Shown here: positions 28,848-39,169 of the stretch, piece after piece
Layout of the letters: every line of letters starts with the position of its first letter
How positions within the stretch are numbered: position 1 is the stretch's first letter
NCBI GenBank assembly: GCA_965208675.1
Contig: OZ242351.1
Coordinates: 3,552,001 to 3,616,000, forward strand
Length of the DNA: 64,000 nt
Source of the DNA: Candidatus Poribacteria bacterium
GTDB taxonomy: Bacteria > Poribacteria > WGA-4E > PCPOR2b
Direction: 5' to 3'
The notes under the pieces: model-generated
What the model was told of the DNA's origin: nothing
Database searches by the model: none
What the model saw: only the letters and a program-made list of their open reading frames with translations
Program-made: the position numbers and the translations under genes

Positions 28848-29102
28848 ATGATGCGTCGATACATTCTAATGTTATTCACAGCGCTGGCTATTGCGCTGGT
28901 TTTTCCAGCCATCGGCAACGCGTGCCCTTCATGTAAAACGATTGATGACCCAATTGTTCAAGGTTTTAAGTGGAGCATCTTATTCCTTATGGCGATGCCT
29001 TATATTGTTTCCGGTCTGATTGGTGGCAGTGTATTCTATATTTACAAACACACACATCGGGCCAATAATCATAAACCATCTTCAAATGTGAAAGGAGTGT
29101 GA
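28848..29102 (+). CDS. Small membrane protein with CxxC
   Basis: Signal peptide, ACPSC, one TM helix; a position typical of oxidase operons. Confidence 0.65.
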   Translation: MMRRYILMLFTALAIALVFPAIGNACPSCKTIDDPIVQGFKWSILFLMAMPYIVSGLIGGSVFYIYKHTHRANNHKPSSNVKGV

Positions 29103-29105
29103 AAA

Positions 29106-29750
29106 TTGGAAGACACTGCAACGCTCGATCATTCCGCAGATGTCTATGAACCGTCCCTCACGCCTGACAGTCTGGGAAAGTTGGGGATGTGGCTCTTTCT
29201 TATTAGCGATGCGATGTCGTTTGGCGCGTTGTTGGCTGCCTACGGCGCTATCCGTGCTGGTGCAGCGGAGTGGGCGCCCCCAGCCGAAATTCTCGGCATT
29301 GAACTCACAGCGGTTATGACCTTTCTGTTAATCTGTAGTAGTGTCACGATGGTCAAAGCGCTAGAATCAATCCAGAACGGCAACCAAAGGAGGATGTGTG
29401 CCTTCCTTGGTTTGACTATCCTAGGCGGCGTAATCTTCTTGGGACTACAAGCGTATGAATGGGCAGAACTAATCAAGCACGGGCTCACTCTCACCTCAAT
29501 CCCCCATCGCGGGTTGTCAGGTGCTGAGATTTCCGGCTCGGTGCTTTTTGGTCCGACCTTCTACACAATTACAGGTTTCCACGGTGCCCACGTTACCGGC
29601 GGCGTCATATACCTCATCGTTATCTTGATTCAGGGGATGCGGGGGACGTACACAGCCGAATATAACCACAAGGTCGAGATTTTGGGATTGTATTGGCACT
29701 TCGTTGACCTAATCTGGATAATGGTCTTTACCTTTGTCTATCTATTGTAA
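29106..29750 (+). CDS. coxC: Cytochrome c oxidase subunit III (second copy)
   Basis: GMWLFL, QAYEW, TGFHGAHV, GLYWHFVD. Confidence 0.9.
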   Translation: MEDTATLDHSADVYEPSLTPDSLGKLGMWLFLISDAMSFGALLAAYGAIRAGAAEWAPPAEILGIELTAVMTFLLICSSVTMVKALESIQNGNQRRMCAFLGLTILGGVIFLGLQAYEWAELIKHGLTLTSIPHRGLSGAEISGSVLFGPTFYTITGFHGAHVTGGVIYLIVILIQGMRGTYTAEYNHKVEILGLYWHFVDLIWIMVFTFVYLL

Positions 29751-29769
29751 ACTCTAATGGAGAATCGAG

Positions 29770-30102
29770 ATGGAACACGCTCATAAAGAACACCCGAGAT
29801 ACATAAGAATATTTGTGATTCTCATCATACTTACCGTCGCTGAAGTTGCTGTGGTCTACATGCCGTTTCCGACGATTGTGACTGCACTCCTGCTGATTGG
29901 CATGGCATGTTCTAAAGCAGCTTACGTTGCGCTCTATTTCATGCACTTGAAATTTGAGAAGAAAACCTTGACGGTCATTGCATTAACACCGTTTATCATC
30001 TGTGTTTTTCTCGTGTTTATGCTGCTTCCGGATTTGATGGAAGACGCTCGCCACGCAGGAATGGAAACATCCGCATCTCAAACTGTTGAATCCTCACATT
30101 GA
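29770..30102 (+). CDS. coxD: Cytochrome c oxidase subunit IV
   Basis: LTVAEV, KA...YFMHLKFE. Confidence 0.88.
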   Translation: MEHAHKEHPRYIRIFVILIILTVAEVAVVYMPFPTIVTALLLIGMACSKAAYVALYFMHLKFEKKTLTVIALTPFIICVFLVFMLLPDLMEDARHAGMETSASQTVESSH

Positions 30103-30134
30103 TGTGGATTTTTAGGTGTTCAACCTAATACCTG

Positions 30135-30255
30135 TGATATTACGCAATAAGTTCAAGAGTCCCCCTGATAAGGGGGATTTAGGGGGTTAAAAACACTGAA
30201 ATAGCGACTTTTTAAGTCCAATATTTCTTTTTTCTGTTCAATTTTCGCAAGTTCT
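30135..30255. repeat. 121-bp MITE-like repeat, copy 1
   Basis: Highly similar to 51207-51327; degenerate AGGACTTACGCA/TGCGTAAGTCCT ends; internal CCCCCTGATAAGGGGG hairpin. Confidence 0.8.
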
Positions 30256-30271
30256 GAATTAAATTACATTT

Positions 30272-30919
30272 ATGGAAACAGAAACACCGGATCAGAATCC
30301 CAAACCGAGGGAACGCCTGCGGCATGGCATGTTGTGGGGGGCGTTGATTGCCGTCATCGTCGGTATAGTTGGCGCCAATATTTGGTCACCGCATCATCAA
30401 GATTCAGGCGACGACACCGAACCAGATCTTGCCGTGCATCACCGGGTACCTGATTTCTCTTTGATTGATCAGCGAGGTACACCAATTGCCCCTTCGAATC
30501 TCCTCGGCAAGATTTGGGTTGCGGATTTTATCTTCACCCGCTGTGTTGCGGCTTGTCCGCTAATGACAGACAAAATGAAGAAACTTCAAGAAGAATTCGC
30601 GGAGTCAGGTGTTTACTTCGTCTCGGTTTCTGTCGATCCGGAATATGACACGCCGGACGTTCTCTTTCAGTACGCTAATCGCTTCGGCGTGGATGAAAGC
30701 ACATGGTTGTTTCTAACAGGAGAAAAGGAAACTATCTATCACCTCACACAAGAAGGCTTCGGCTTAGCCGTCGGGCAGCAAGAATCCGAAGTTCTTCATA
30801 GCGCTCGGTTTGTCTTGGTTGATCGCCGCGGACAAATACGCGGATTCTACGACAGCAATGAAGATGAGGCGCTTCAAAAGCTTCGCCGCGATATACCGCA
30901 ATTACTCATCGAATCGTGA
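30272..30919 (+). CDS. sco: SCO1/SenC copper chaperone
   Basis: FTRCVAACP (CxxxC), SVDPEYD, LHS. Confidence 0.93.
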   Translation: METETPDQNPKPRERLRHGMLWGALIAVIVGIVGANIWSPHHQDSGDDTEPDLAVHHRVPDFSLIDQRGTPIAPSNLLGKIWVADFIFTRCVAACPLMTDKMKKLQEEFAESGVYFVSVSVDPEYDTPDVLFQYANRFGVDESTWLFLTGEKETIYHLTQEGFGLAVGQQESEVLHSARFVLVDRRGQIRGFYDSNEDEALQKLRRDIPQLLIES

Positions 30920-31206
30920 ACCTTGATGCAGTACGACTCGGCGTTTCGCTGGCAGTTCTTATCATCAATCTGCCATTTGGATATTTTCGTGTTCGTCACA
31001 AGAGGTTCACCCGCCCTTGGGGGCGGTGTATCTACATCCCCATTCTTATTAACATAGTCCTCCGCCGCTTAATCCTGCACTGGGATTGGGGCGGGGCGCT
31101 CTTCCTCTTTTCAGCCGCGATTCTTGGACACATTTTAGGCGGACTCTGGGGTAGGCGCCAGCAGAAAAAGCGGGAAGCGGTGCCGGAATTAAACCTTGAG
31201 AGTTGA
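30916..31206 (+). CDS. Small hypothetical membrane protein
   Basis: GTGA overlap with sco; 3 hydrophobic segments; NLPFGYFR. Confidence 0.7.
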   Translation: MNLDAVRLGVSLAVLIINLPFGYFRVRHKRFTRPWGRCIYIPILINIVLRRLILHWDWGGALFLFSAAILGHILGGLWGRRQQKKREAVPELNLES

Positions 31207-31297
31207 AGATAAGATTTGTCAGTTCGGCGGTTGTCGATTGGAGATGGGTCAAACGACCCATTGAGGGAATTGCGAAGGCGGCAGTCTTAGTAATCCG

Positions 31298-31336
31298 TTA
31301 CGTATTACGCGTTACGTATTACGCATCACGCATTAC
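31298..31336. repeat. Heptamer tandem repeat (TTACGYR)
   Basis: TTACGTA TTACGCG TTACGTA TTACGCA TCACGCA TTAC. Confidence 0.75.
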
Positions 31337-31389
31337 TAAATCCGTTCGCTTGATTGATGGTTTTAACTGACAGTCAAGGAAAAGCAACG

Positions 31390-33318
31390 ATGTTCAAAAA
31401 AATCCACGTGCCTGTTGACAATTCGGATTATTCTGACGCGAGCGTCCATCTTGCTGTCGCGTTTGCCAAGAAATTCGCTTCGCAGCTTGTTGGCTCTCAT
31501 GTCTACGCAGCGAAGATGCACGACGTTCGCTTCAAACAGATGGAGTACACCCTGCCGGAGGAATATCAGGACGAAGTCGAACTCGAAAAACAGCGCCGCA
31601 TCCATGACACCTTGATTACGATGGGGCTTCAACTTATTTCGGATTCGTATCTTGATGTCATGCAGAAAATATGTTTGAAAGAGAATATCCCTTTTGAAGC
31701 AAAAATGCCGGAGGGCAAGCATTTCATCAAGATGGTGGAGGATATTCAATCTAGCGGCTACGATCTGGTTATTATGGGCGCTCTCGGTATGGGAGCCGTC
31801 AAAGACAGCCTGCTCGGCGGCGTGTGCGAACGGGTTGTCCGCCGAATCCAAACCGATGTACTCGTGGTCAGAAACATTCGGCCCGTCGAAGAGCAGCGCG
31901 GACATATTCTCGTAGGCATTGACGGCAGCCCTGAATCATTCGCCGGCTTGAAAACGGCGATTCAGATCGGTAAAGCATTTAATCGGCACGTCGAGGCGGT
32001 TGGTGTCTACGATCCATATCTCCATTATGTGGTATTTAATTCAGTCGTCAATGTGCTGACGGAACGCGCATCTAAAACCTTTCGATTCAAAGAGCAGGAG
32101 CAGTTACACGAGGAGGTAATCGACACTGGGCTCGCAAAGATTTATCAGTCCCATTTAGAGGTGGCGCGTACAATCGCGAAAGAAGACCACAACTACGACC
32201 TCAAGATTACGCTGCTTGACGGCAAAGCCTTTGAAAAAATCTTGCAATACACGCGTAAGACCCAACCGTGGCTGCTGGTGCTTGGTCGAATTGGCGTGCA
32301 CAGCGAATCCGACATGGACATTGGCAGCAACACCGAAAATCTACTGCGGCTCGCCCCTTGCAACGTCCTGTTATCGAGCCAGCGATATGTCCCCAAGGTT
32401 GATGTCAAGGCGGAAGAGACTGTCGTTTGGACGCAGGAAGCCTTAGACCGTATGGAGAAAGCGCCGCCGCTAATCAAAGGGATTGCCAGGACGGCAGTCC
32501 ACCGCTTTGCGCTTGAGCGCGGGCACTCGGTCATTACCGAAAGCGTCATTGAGGGCGCTATGGAGACGTTTATGCCGGGGCGCTCTGCAGAACGGATGAC
32601 GCGAGTCGCCAAAGAGGTCGCGGCGCAGACGGTTCTTGAGGCAAATGCTATCCAGACATACATCTGTGAAGATTGCGGCTATGCCGCCCGTGAACAGCAA
32701 CCTGTGAAATGTCCGGTCTGCGGTGTCGGCAGCGACCGCTTCCAAATGGTTGATAAAGACTCGCTGCAGAAAATTGCGGCTCAAGAGGGCGGCGTCAGCG
32801 AAGAACGTACCTTTGACGGCGTCCGCCTCCAGTGGTCGGATCAGGCAAAGAAGGCGTTGCGGAATGTGCCGCGCGGTTATATGCGGCGTAATGTCAAGGC
32901 GCGAATCGAAAAATCGGCGCGGACGCAGAAAATCGACACTATCACGAATGAATTTGCCATGCTGATTGTCAACGAGAGCATCGATGACGCTTCCGCTATC
33001 CGAGAAGACGCGCCTGAACTAAGGGCTGTGTCTCAATCGCGCGGCAACGCCGACACCGCCCAAGGGGAGGCATTTGAAAGTCGGTTTGAATGGACAACAG
33101 ACGCCCGTGAGCGATTGAATCTCGTACCCGCAGGATTTATGAGGAACATCACGCAGTCTCGCGTCGAGCAGCGGGCACAGGAAGCCGACCTTGAAACAAT
33201 CAACCTCGATTTTGCGGCACAGGTAATTGAAGACGGACGGAGTCTGGCTAACGAGGTGCTTGGCAGCTATTATCAACAGGATGAACAGGCTAGCGAGGTA
33301 GGCGCACAGGCAAAATGA
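31390..33318 (+). CDS. Tandem USP-domain protein with a rubredoxin-like module and three PCP_red-like domains
   Basis: Two USP domains (KKIHVPVDNS..DLVIMGALG; ILVGIDGS..LVLGRIG); CEDC...CPVC; three W[TS]xxA..L..[VA]P repeats. Confidence 0.85.
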   Translation: MFKKIHVPVDNSDYSDASVHLAVAFAKKFASQLVGSHVYAAKMHDVRFKQMEYTLPEEYQDEVELEKQRRIHDTLITMGLQLISDSYLDVMQKICLKENIPFEAKMPEGKHFIKMVEDIQSSGYDLVIMGALGMGAVKDSLLGGVCERVVRRIQTDVLVVRNIRPVEEQRGHILVGIDGSPESFAGLKTAIQIGKAFNRHVEAVGVYDPYLHYVVFNSVVNVLTERASKTFRFKEQEQLHEEVIDTGLAKIYQSHLEVARTIAKEDHNYDLKITLLDGKAFEKILQYTRKTQPWLLVLGRIGVHSESDMDIGSNTENLLRLAPCNVLLSSQRYVPKVDVKAEETVVWTQEALDRMEKAPPLIKGIARTAVHRFALERGHSVITESVIEGAMETFMPGRSAERMTRVAKEVAAQTVLEANAIQTYICEDCGYAAREQQPVKCPVCGVGSDRFQMVDKDSLQKIAAQEGGVSEERTFDGVRLQWSDQAKKALRNVPRGYMRRNVKARIEKSARTQKIDTITNEFAMLIVNESIDDASAIREDAPELRAVSQSRGNADTAQGEAFESRFEWTTDARERLNLVPAGFMRNITQSRVEQRAQEADLETINLDFAAQVIEDGRSLANEVLGSYYQQDEQASEVGAQAK

Positions 33319-33482
33319 CTTAATTGGCTCAGAACGATCAAATGAGCGGAAAGTGAAGGGATGGTTTACTGCGAATCCCAACGCATTTGAAAACTTCGTC
33401 AATCCAAATACAAAAAACTGTCGCGATTACTATCTTGTCTCTAATTTGGCGGATTGTTTAGGAATTTGGGAGGCTTTATCCC

Positions 33483-34766
33483 ATGGGCTACGCGCGGAAA
33501 AAACAGTGGACAATTGTAATACTTTCCGTAATTTTGCTTTCGGCTGTGGGCGTTGCCGCAGCGGAAAACTGGCCGCATTGGCGCGGACCGCGCAACGATG
33601 GCACCAGTCTCGAAACCGGCCTCCCAATCCAATGGAGTAGCACTGAAAACGTCCTGTGGCGGCTTCCGCTTCCGGGCGCCGCCGGTGCAACACCGGTCGT
33701 GTGGGATGACCGCATCTTCCTGACTTCGGCAGAGAGCAGCGATCTGGTACTGTTGTGCATCGGAACAGATGGCGAGTTACTCTGGAAACGCACCTTGGGA
33801 ACCGGCAATCGCAACGTCCACGGCGGAGAGGGAAACGCCGCCTCCCCTTCCCCATCCACCGACGGCAAACATGTCTGGGCATTCATCAGCACTGGAGACT
33901 TAGCCTGTTATGACTTCGACGGCAACGAGGTCTGGAAGACTAATCTGGAAGACCGGTACGGCGGCTTCAATCTCTACTTCGTCATGGCATCCACTCCGCT
34001 CCTTGACGGTGACCGGCTTTATCTCCAGTTAATTCACAGCAATGCATGGCTCGTGCTGGCATTGGACAAATCGACCGGCCGTGAGATTTGGAAACACAAT
34101 CGTAAAAGCGATGCATACGCGGAGTGCGAACATTCTTACGCCTCCCCTTCGCTCTATCGAGACGATAAACGTGAATTCTTGCTCGTTCACGGTGCGGACT
34201 ACATCACCGCCCACCATCTCACGGACGGAAGCGAGATTTGGCGCTGCGGAAACCTTAATCCGAAGAATAGCTACAACACCTCCCTGCGGTTGGTTGCCTC
34301 CCCTGTAGCCGTTCCCGGTCTCGTCGTCGTTCCTTCCGCGAAGAATGGGCCGGTCATCGGCCTGCGTCCCGGCGGCAAGGGAGATATAACCGGCTCAATG
34401 CGATGGCAGCACTGGCGGCGAGCGGATGGCACGCCGGATGTTCCGTCTCCACTCATCCATGAAGGACTTGTCTATCTATGCCGGGAAAACGGCGATCTAA
34501 TTTGTTTGGACGCCGAAACCGGTAAGCAAGTGTACAAAGAGCGGACGCACCGTCACAGGCACCGTGCATCCCCCGTTTCCGGTGGCGGCAACATCTACTT
34601 GACTTCGAGGGACGGACGTGTAACCGTTGTAAAATCTGGGCGGAATTTTGAGATTCTTGCCTCCAACGACATTGAAGAGACGATCTCCGCGTCCCCCGTC
34701 ATCTCGAACGGCAAGTTCTATCTACGGAGCTACAAAGCGCTGTATGCCATCGGTGTTGCGGAGTGA
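33483..34766 (+). CDS. Secreted PQQ-binding-like beta-propeller protein
   Basis: Signal peptide, ENWPHWRGP, repeated SP..G..W blades. Confidence 0.88.
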   Translation: MGYARKKQWTIVILSVILLSAVGVAAAENWPHWRGPRNDGTSLETGLPIQWSSTENVLWRLPLPGAAGATPVVWDDRIFLTSAESSDLVLLCIGTDGELLWKRTLGTGNRNVHGGEGNAASPSPSTDGKHVWAFISTGDLACYDFDGNEVWKTNLEDRYGGFNLYFVMASTPLLDGDRLYLQLIHSNAWLVLALDKSTGREIWKHNRKSDAYAECEHSYASPSLYRDDKREFLLVHGADYITAHHLTDGSEIWRCGNLNPKNSYNTSLRLVASPVAVPGLVVVPSAKNGPVIGLRPGGKGDITGSMRWQHWRRADGTPDVPSPLIHEGLVYLCRENGDLICLDAETGKQVYKERTHRHRHRASPVSGGGNIYLTSRDGRVTVVKSGRNFEILASNDIEETISASPVISNGKFYLRSYKALYAIGVAE

Positions 34767-34805
34767 ATTGCCAAGCACGGAGAATTGTGAAGTCGGGTGC
34801 CGCGC

Positions 34806-35723
34806 ATGAAAACCTACAAAGACCTACCCTCCGACGGCGGTTCTGATATCGTCGGGCAGGTGACTCAACAGGTCAACCGCCTGCAGAAACGGTTTGCATC
34901 GGTGCGTCATACCGTCGCTATCATGAGCGGAAAGGGCGGGGTAGGCAAGAGTTTGTTGACGGCAAATCTCGCTTCAGCGCTTAGATTGCGCGGATACGAT
35001 GTTGGGATAGTTGACGCTGATATCAATGGCCCGTCAATCGCCAAAATGACGGGAGTGCGGTCGGCAAAGATTAATTACGACGCTGCTGGTGTGAAACCCG
35101 CAGTGAGTCCATCGGGCGTCAAGGTGATGTCGATGGATCTGTTCCTCAAGAACGACGAATCCCCCGTGCTTTGGGAAGCCCAAACGCAGAAGGACGCTTA
35201 CACTTGGCGCGGGACGATGGAGGTGACGGCACTCCGCGAATTCCTATCTGATACCGAATGGGGCGCGCTTGACTATCTACTTATCGATCTGCCGCCCGGT
35301 TCGGACCGGCTGCCGAATCTCGCCGATTTGCTGCCGACGCTCGGCGGCGCCATCGTGGTCACCATTCCTTCCGGCGTCTCGCAGCTTGTGGTAAAGAAAT
35401 CGTTGACGATGGCAAAGGCAGCACTCAACATACCGGTGATTGGTATCGTCGAAAACATGAGCGCATACATCTGCGCCAGTTGCGGCAAGACGGAAGGCTT
35501 GTTCCCGACTGGGAATACGGAGGAGACGGCGCATCAATTCAACATTCCGTTACTCCCCAAAATTCCGTTCGATCCACGTCTTTCAATCGCCGCTGACGAC
35601 GGTGAGAACTTTTTAGAACAAAACGCCGAAACACCAGCCGCAAAGGCGATAATCGAAGTTGGCAATAAAATCGAGACGTTTTTTGAGAACAACACTGCAA
35701 GTGTGCCACGGAGCGACTCATGA
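34806..35723 (+). CDS. mrp: Mrp/NBP35 (ApbC) Fe-S cluster carrier ATPase
   Basis: SGKGGVGKS, DADINGPS, DLPPG, VENMS..CASC. Confidence 0.92.
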   Translation: MKTYKDLPSDGGSDIVGQVTQQVNRLQKRFASVRHTVAIMSGKGGVGKSLLTANLASALRLRGYDVGIVDADINGPSIAKMTGVRSAKINYDAAGVKPAVSPSGVKVMSMDLFLKNDESPVLWEAQTQKDAYTWRGTMEVTALREFLSDTEWGALDYLLIDLPPGSDRLPNLADLLPTLGGAIVVTIPSGVSQLVVKKSLTMAKAALNIPVIGIVENMSAYICASCGKTEGLFPTGNTEETAHQFNIPLLPKIPFDPRLSIAADDGENFLEQNAETPAAKAIIEVGNKIETFFENNTASVPRSDS

Positions 35724-36235
35724 AATTTCTATGCCTCGAATGCAACACGGCTATGCAGTTTAAGGAAGCCGCAAAGCCCGATCAAGGTTCATTAACGGCA
35801 ATTTTCGAGTGTCCGGACTGTTTTGCCGAGTTTGCAATGCACATGAACCCGTGGGAAACCCAAATGCTGAAGTCCCTCAACGTTCAGCTCGGCGGCAAAA
35901 GCGAAGCGGCGCAGCCGATGCAGATGGTACGCTCCTTTTTAAGCGAGCAAGGCGGCGCAACCGCCGCAACAGATCAGAACACGCAGACAACAACCATGAC
36001 GCCAGAGTCGGAAGGCGGCAAGTGTCCGTTTACATCAGTTGTCGCAGAAGCATTTCAAGAACCGGATTCGTCCGGACCGGTATGGACGCCGGAAGCCTTA
36101 GCGCGTTTGGAGCGTGTGCCTAGCTTCGTCCGTCCGATGGCAAAGACTAGCATTGAAGAGTTCGCACGTGAAAATGGGCACACCGAAATCACCACCGACA
36201 TCATGGATTCTGCACGCGGCAGTTTTGGGATGTAG
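35720..36235 (+). CDS. Zn-finger protein with a C-terminal PCP_red-like domain
   Basis: CLEC...CPDC, NPWETQM, GKCPF, VWTPEALARLERVPSFVR; ATGA overlap with mrp. Confidence 0.8.
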   Translation: MKFLCLECNTAMQFKEAAKPDQGSLTAIFECPDCFAEFAMHMNPWETQMLKSLNVQLGGKSEAAQPMQMVRSFLSEQGGATAATDQNTQTTTMTPESEGGKCPFTSVVAEAFQEPDSSGPVWTPEALARLERVPSFVRPMAKTSIEEFARENGHTEITTDIMDSARGSFGM

Positions 36236-36381
36236 GAGTATGTCGCAGCAATTACGGAAGAAATCTTCTTACACAAGTATTGGCAGACCAGTGTGAGGCG
36301 TTAATGTAGAACATTTCATTCTGCAGATTGTATTTACTTTTCTCGGCGGGACCGCTTCTATGTTTCACGGTACACTTATCC

Positions 36382-36879
36382 ATGCGCCAATTCGTCGAAC
36401 TTGTCATTCGTTGGATACACCTAATCGCCGCAATCGTCTGGTTCGGCAGCGTCTTTTTTTCAGTCAGCATCGCTACACCGGTATTGAGGAAGCATTTCCA
36501 AATCGTTGAAAGTGTCCGGCATACCGCCGAGATTCTGGAGCGCTTACGGCATATTATCCGTTTCACGATTCACGTGCTTCTAATCACCGGTGCGATGAAC
36601 GTGTTCATCGTTGGATTGAACACGCAGATGCGCTTTTCTCAGGACTACGGCTATTTTGTTGTTTTTATCGCGAAACTCGCTTTTGTTGGATTGATGACGC
36701 TGTTCCATAGCCTGCATATCGCCGTTTTCAACCGAAGATTGGAATCCGCGGCGGCAAACCCAGATTTTGACGCTTCAGAGGTCTCCAAACTCCAAAAGCG
36801 GGTGGACCTATTTGGAATTTTTACGATACTCACCGGGCTTGTTGTCTTTGCGTTATCGTTGCGTTTGAGAGTGGATTGA
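36382..36879 (+). CDS. CopD/DUF4149-like 4-TM membrane protein
   Basis: WIHLIAAIVWFGS, LITG, AKL...H pattern. Confidence 0.7.
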   Translation: MRQFVELVIRWIHLIAAIVWFGSVFFSVSIATPVLRKHFQIVESVRHTAEILERLRHIIRFTIHVLLITGAMNVFIVGLNTQMRFSQDYGYFVVFIAKLAFVGLMTLFHSLHIAVFNRRLESAAANPDFDASEVSKLQKRVDLFGIFTILTGLVVFALSLRLRVD

Positions 36880-36916
36880 TAAACTAAGTGAAGCGTGTCA
36901 TTAGGGAAGTAAATAC

Positions 36917-38218
36917 ATGGAAACGAAAATCCAAGCCGTCTCATGGAATATCACACGGTTATGCAATCTCAAATGCACACACTGTTATCTCCCCGCCGGC
37001 TTTGTGGATACGAACGAGTTTCCAAACGGGTATTATCGAGACGCGGAACTGACGCAGCCCGAGTGTTTCCGCGTGATTGATGAGATTGCCGAGGTCAATC
37101 CCAACATCCTCCTGATACTCACGGGCGGCGAACCGTTGCTGCGCCCTGACATTTTGAAAATCTCGGATTATGCGGCTCAAACCGGATTCTTGGTAGTGAT
37201 GGGTACGAACGGCGTCCTGCTGAACGATGAAACGGTTCAGCGGATGAGCGATCACGGTGTTGCCGGCGCAGGCATCAGTTTGGATGCTGTGGACGCGGTT
37301 AATCACGACAAGTTCCGGGGGATGGAGGGCGCTTGGGAAGGCACGATGAACGGGGTCGAAGCCCTCAAGCGGGCAAACCTCGATTTCCTTGTGCAAACCT
37401 CTGTGACACAGTGGAATTACGATGAGATTCCGCAAATCGTTGATTTTGCCTATGAACTCGGCGCGAAAGTGTTCAACCTCTATTTCCTTGTGAGAACCGG
37501 CAGGGGGAAAACGGTGATGGATATCACACCGGCTCAATATGAACAGATGCTCTCGACGCTTTTTGAGATACAGTCGAAATACCGCGGCAAGATGTTGGTT
37601 GCAGCAAAATGCGCGCCGCACTACAAACGGGTCATTTATGAACAGCAATCAGATTCGCCCTTCCTGCAAGCCTATCCGAGCGGTACGTGTCCCTGCGGCA
37701 TCTATTACTGCCGGATCACGCCGGAAGGCGATTTGACACCGTGCCCCTACATGCCGGTGAGCGTCGGCAACCTGAAGACGGATAGTTTCCAGACGCTCTG
37801 GAACCAGTCGAAAGTCTTTCGCGAACTGCGAAATCGGGAACTGTTGGAAGGCAAGTGCGGCGCCTGCGAATTTCGAGACGTTTGCGGTGGTTGCCGCGCC
37901 CGCGCCTATGCCCAAACCGGTAACTATCTCGCTGAAGATGCGTCCTGCGAATACCAACCCGGACAGGTTGGCGGTCAAAACGTCCGGTTCGAAAAGACTA
38001 CCCCCTTTGCGGCCGAAACCGATTACGAGTTACAGTGGACGGATGCCGCACAGAAAAGATTGCAGCGTGTGCCCTCCTTTGCACGCGGGATGGTTACCAA
38101 AAGCGTCGAGAATTACGCCCGCGAACACGGTTGCCATGAAATTACACCGGAAATCATGAAAGCTGTCAAGAATCGATTTGACAAAACAGGTATCCCGTCG
38201 TTTAGACCTCGGCCGTAA
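36917..38218 (+). CDS. Radical SAM/SPASM protein (AhbC/AhbD/NirJ-like) with a C-terminal PCP_red-like domain
   Basis: WNITRLCNLKCTHCY, TGGEPL, CAPHY, PCPY, GKCGACEFRDVCGGCRARA, QWTDAAQKRLQRVPSFAR. Confidence 0.88.
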   Translation: METKIQAVSWNITRLCNLKCTHCYLPAGFVDTNEFPNGYYRDAELTQPECFRVIDEIAEVNPNILLILTGGEPLLRPDILKISDYAAQTGFLVVMGTNGVLLNDETVQRMSDHGVAGAGISLDAVDAVNHDKFRGMEGAWEGTMNGVEALKRANLDFLVQTSVTQWNYDEIPQIVDFAYELGAKVFNLYFLVRTGRGKTVMDITPAQYEQMLSTLFEIQSKYRGKMLVAAKCAPHYKRVIYEQQSDSPFLQAYPSGTCPCGIYYCRITPEGDLTPCPYMPVSVGNLKTDSFQTLWNQSKVFRELRNRELLEGKCGACEFRDVCGGCRARAYAQTGNYLAEDASCEYQPGQVGGQNVRFEKTTPFAAETDYELQWTDAAQKRLQRVPSFARGMVTKSVENYAREHGCHEITPEIMKAVKNRFDKTGIPSFRPRP

Positions 38219-38279
38219 AACACGGTTAACGAAGGTAAATTTCGCGCATGACGCCCGCACACTTTGAGGAGAAAAAACT

Positions 38280-38693
38280 ATGAATAGTGAAAACCGAGTT
38301 GAAGACCGGCTATCCGCCGTTGAAGACCGATTAAACCGCTTGGAAGATTTGCTGGTCGGTATCAGTCAAAAACTGGATCAGAAACCCCAGCCGACTGCGA
38401 TTGATGAGGAGAAAGGCGAAGCGTTCAAAGAGTGGGTGACCGATTACGTTTCAATGCGCTTGCAGCAGCTTGTGCCCGAAACATGCGATCATCCGGATGC
38501 CACAAATTCGCACGAAGGTCCGTTCTTGGATAACACCTCAGTCCGCTGCACTGAGGAAGTTGTTCACCGCGTCAAACGCATCCCGATTCCATTTGTTCGG
38601 GAGATGGTGGTTCAACGTGTGGCGGAAAATGCCCGCCGTGCAGAGGTTGATGTGGTCGACGTGGAATTCTTTGAGAGTGCGGCGACCTTTTGA
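38280..38693 (+). CDS. Small coiled-coil protein with a degenerate PCP_red-like domain
   Basis: GAGGAG RBS; coiled-coil N-terminus; PETCDH; CTEEVVHRVKRIPIPFVR. Confidence 0.7.
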   Translation: MNSENRVEDRLSAVEDRLNRLEDLLVGISQKLDQKPQPTAIDEEKGEAFKEWVTDYVSMRLQQLVPETCDHPDATNSHEGPFLDNTSVRCTEEVVHRVKRIPIPFVREMVVQRVAENARRAEVDVVDVEFFESAATF

Positions 38694-39169
38694 CAGTGCA
38701 AAGCCACGGAGGAGTTTCCTCTGCCGCATTTCCACTGGGAGGATTTTTTAACGACTCCGCTCTGAACCAAGATTCAAAAGTCTTCAATCTAAAAATGGAT
38801 TGGGTGTTTAATCTTTTCTCAGAGTATCTTGAGAACGATTTCAAGAAGCGGCTAGGCATTCCCAAGCCGACAGTGGACCAGCTTTGGGACGCCTTCAAAG
38901 TCATGTTCCCGGCGACTTCGGCGCGACTCCTGGTGCAAGAGCCGGTTGGGAACACGGTCCGATTCAAACCGCTCGCCTTTTATTATGCGGACGAAATGGG
39001 ACCGCTGATTGAAGATGCGATGGGCTATATCAAGCAAAATTTCGGCGGGGGCAAATTCAAAATCAATTTCTACCAAGGGATGCAGTTCATTGCAACAATC
39101 AACTTTAAGCCCGAAGGCCCCGAAATTTGGCGCGATTTGCCGGAACTTGATGGGGCGGGGGTATCATGA
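38690..39169 (+). CDS. Hypothetical protein
   Basis: Overlaps the neighbours at both ends; GGGKFKINFY..TINFK. Confidence 0.65.
   Translation: MTVQSHGGVSSAAFPLGGFFNDSALNQDSKVFNLKMDWVFNLFSEYLENDFKKRLGIPKPTVDQLWDAFKVMFPATSARLLVQEPVGNTVRFKPLAFYYADEMGPLIEDAMGYIKQNFGGGKFKINFYQGMQFIATINFKPEGPEIWRDLPELDGAGVS

Noticed and set aside
31390-38693. Photosynthesis / protochlorophyllide reductase genes
   Set aside because: Only the small C-terminal PCP_red-like domain occurs; no BchN/B/L catalytic domains
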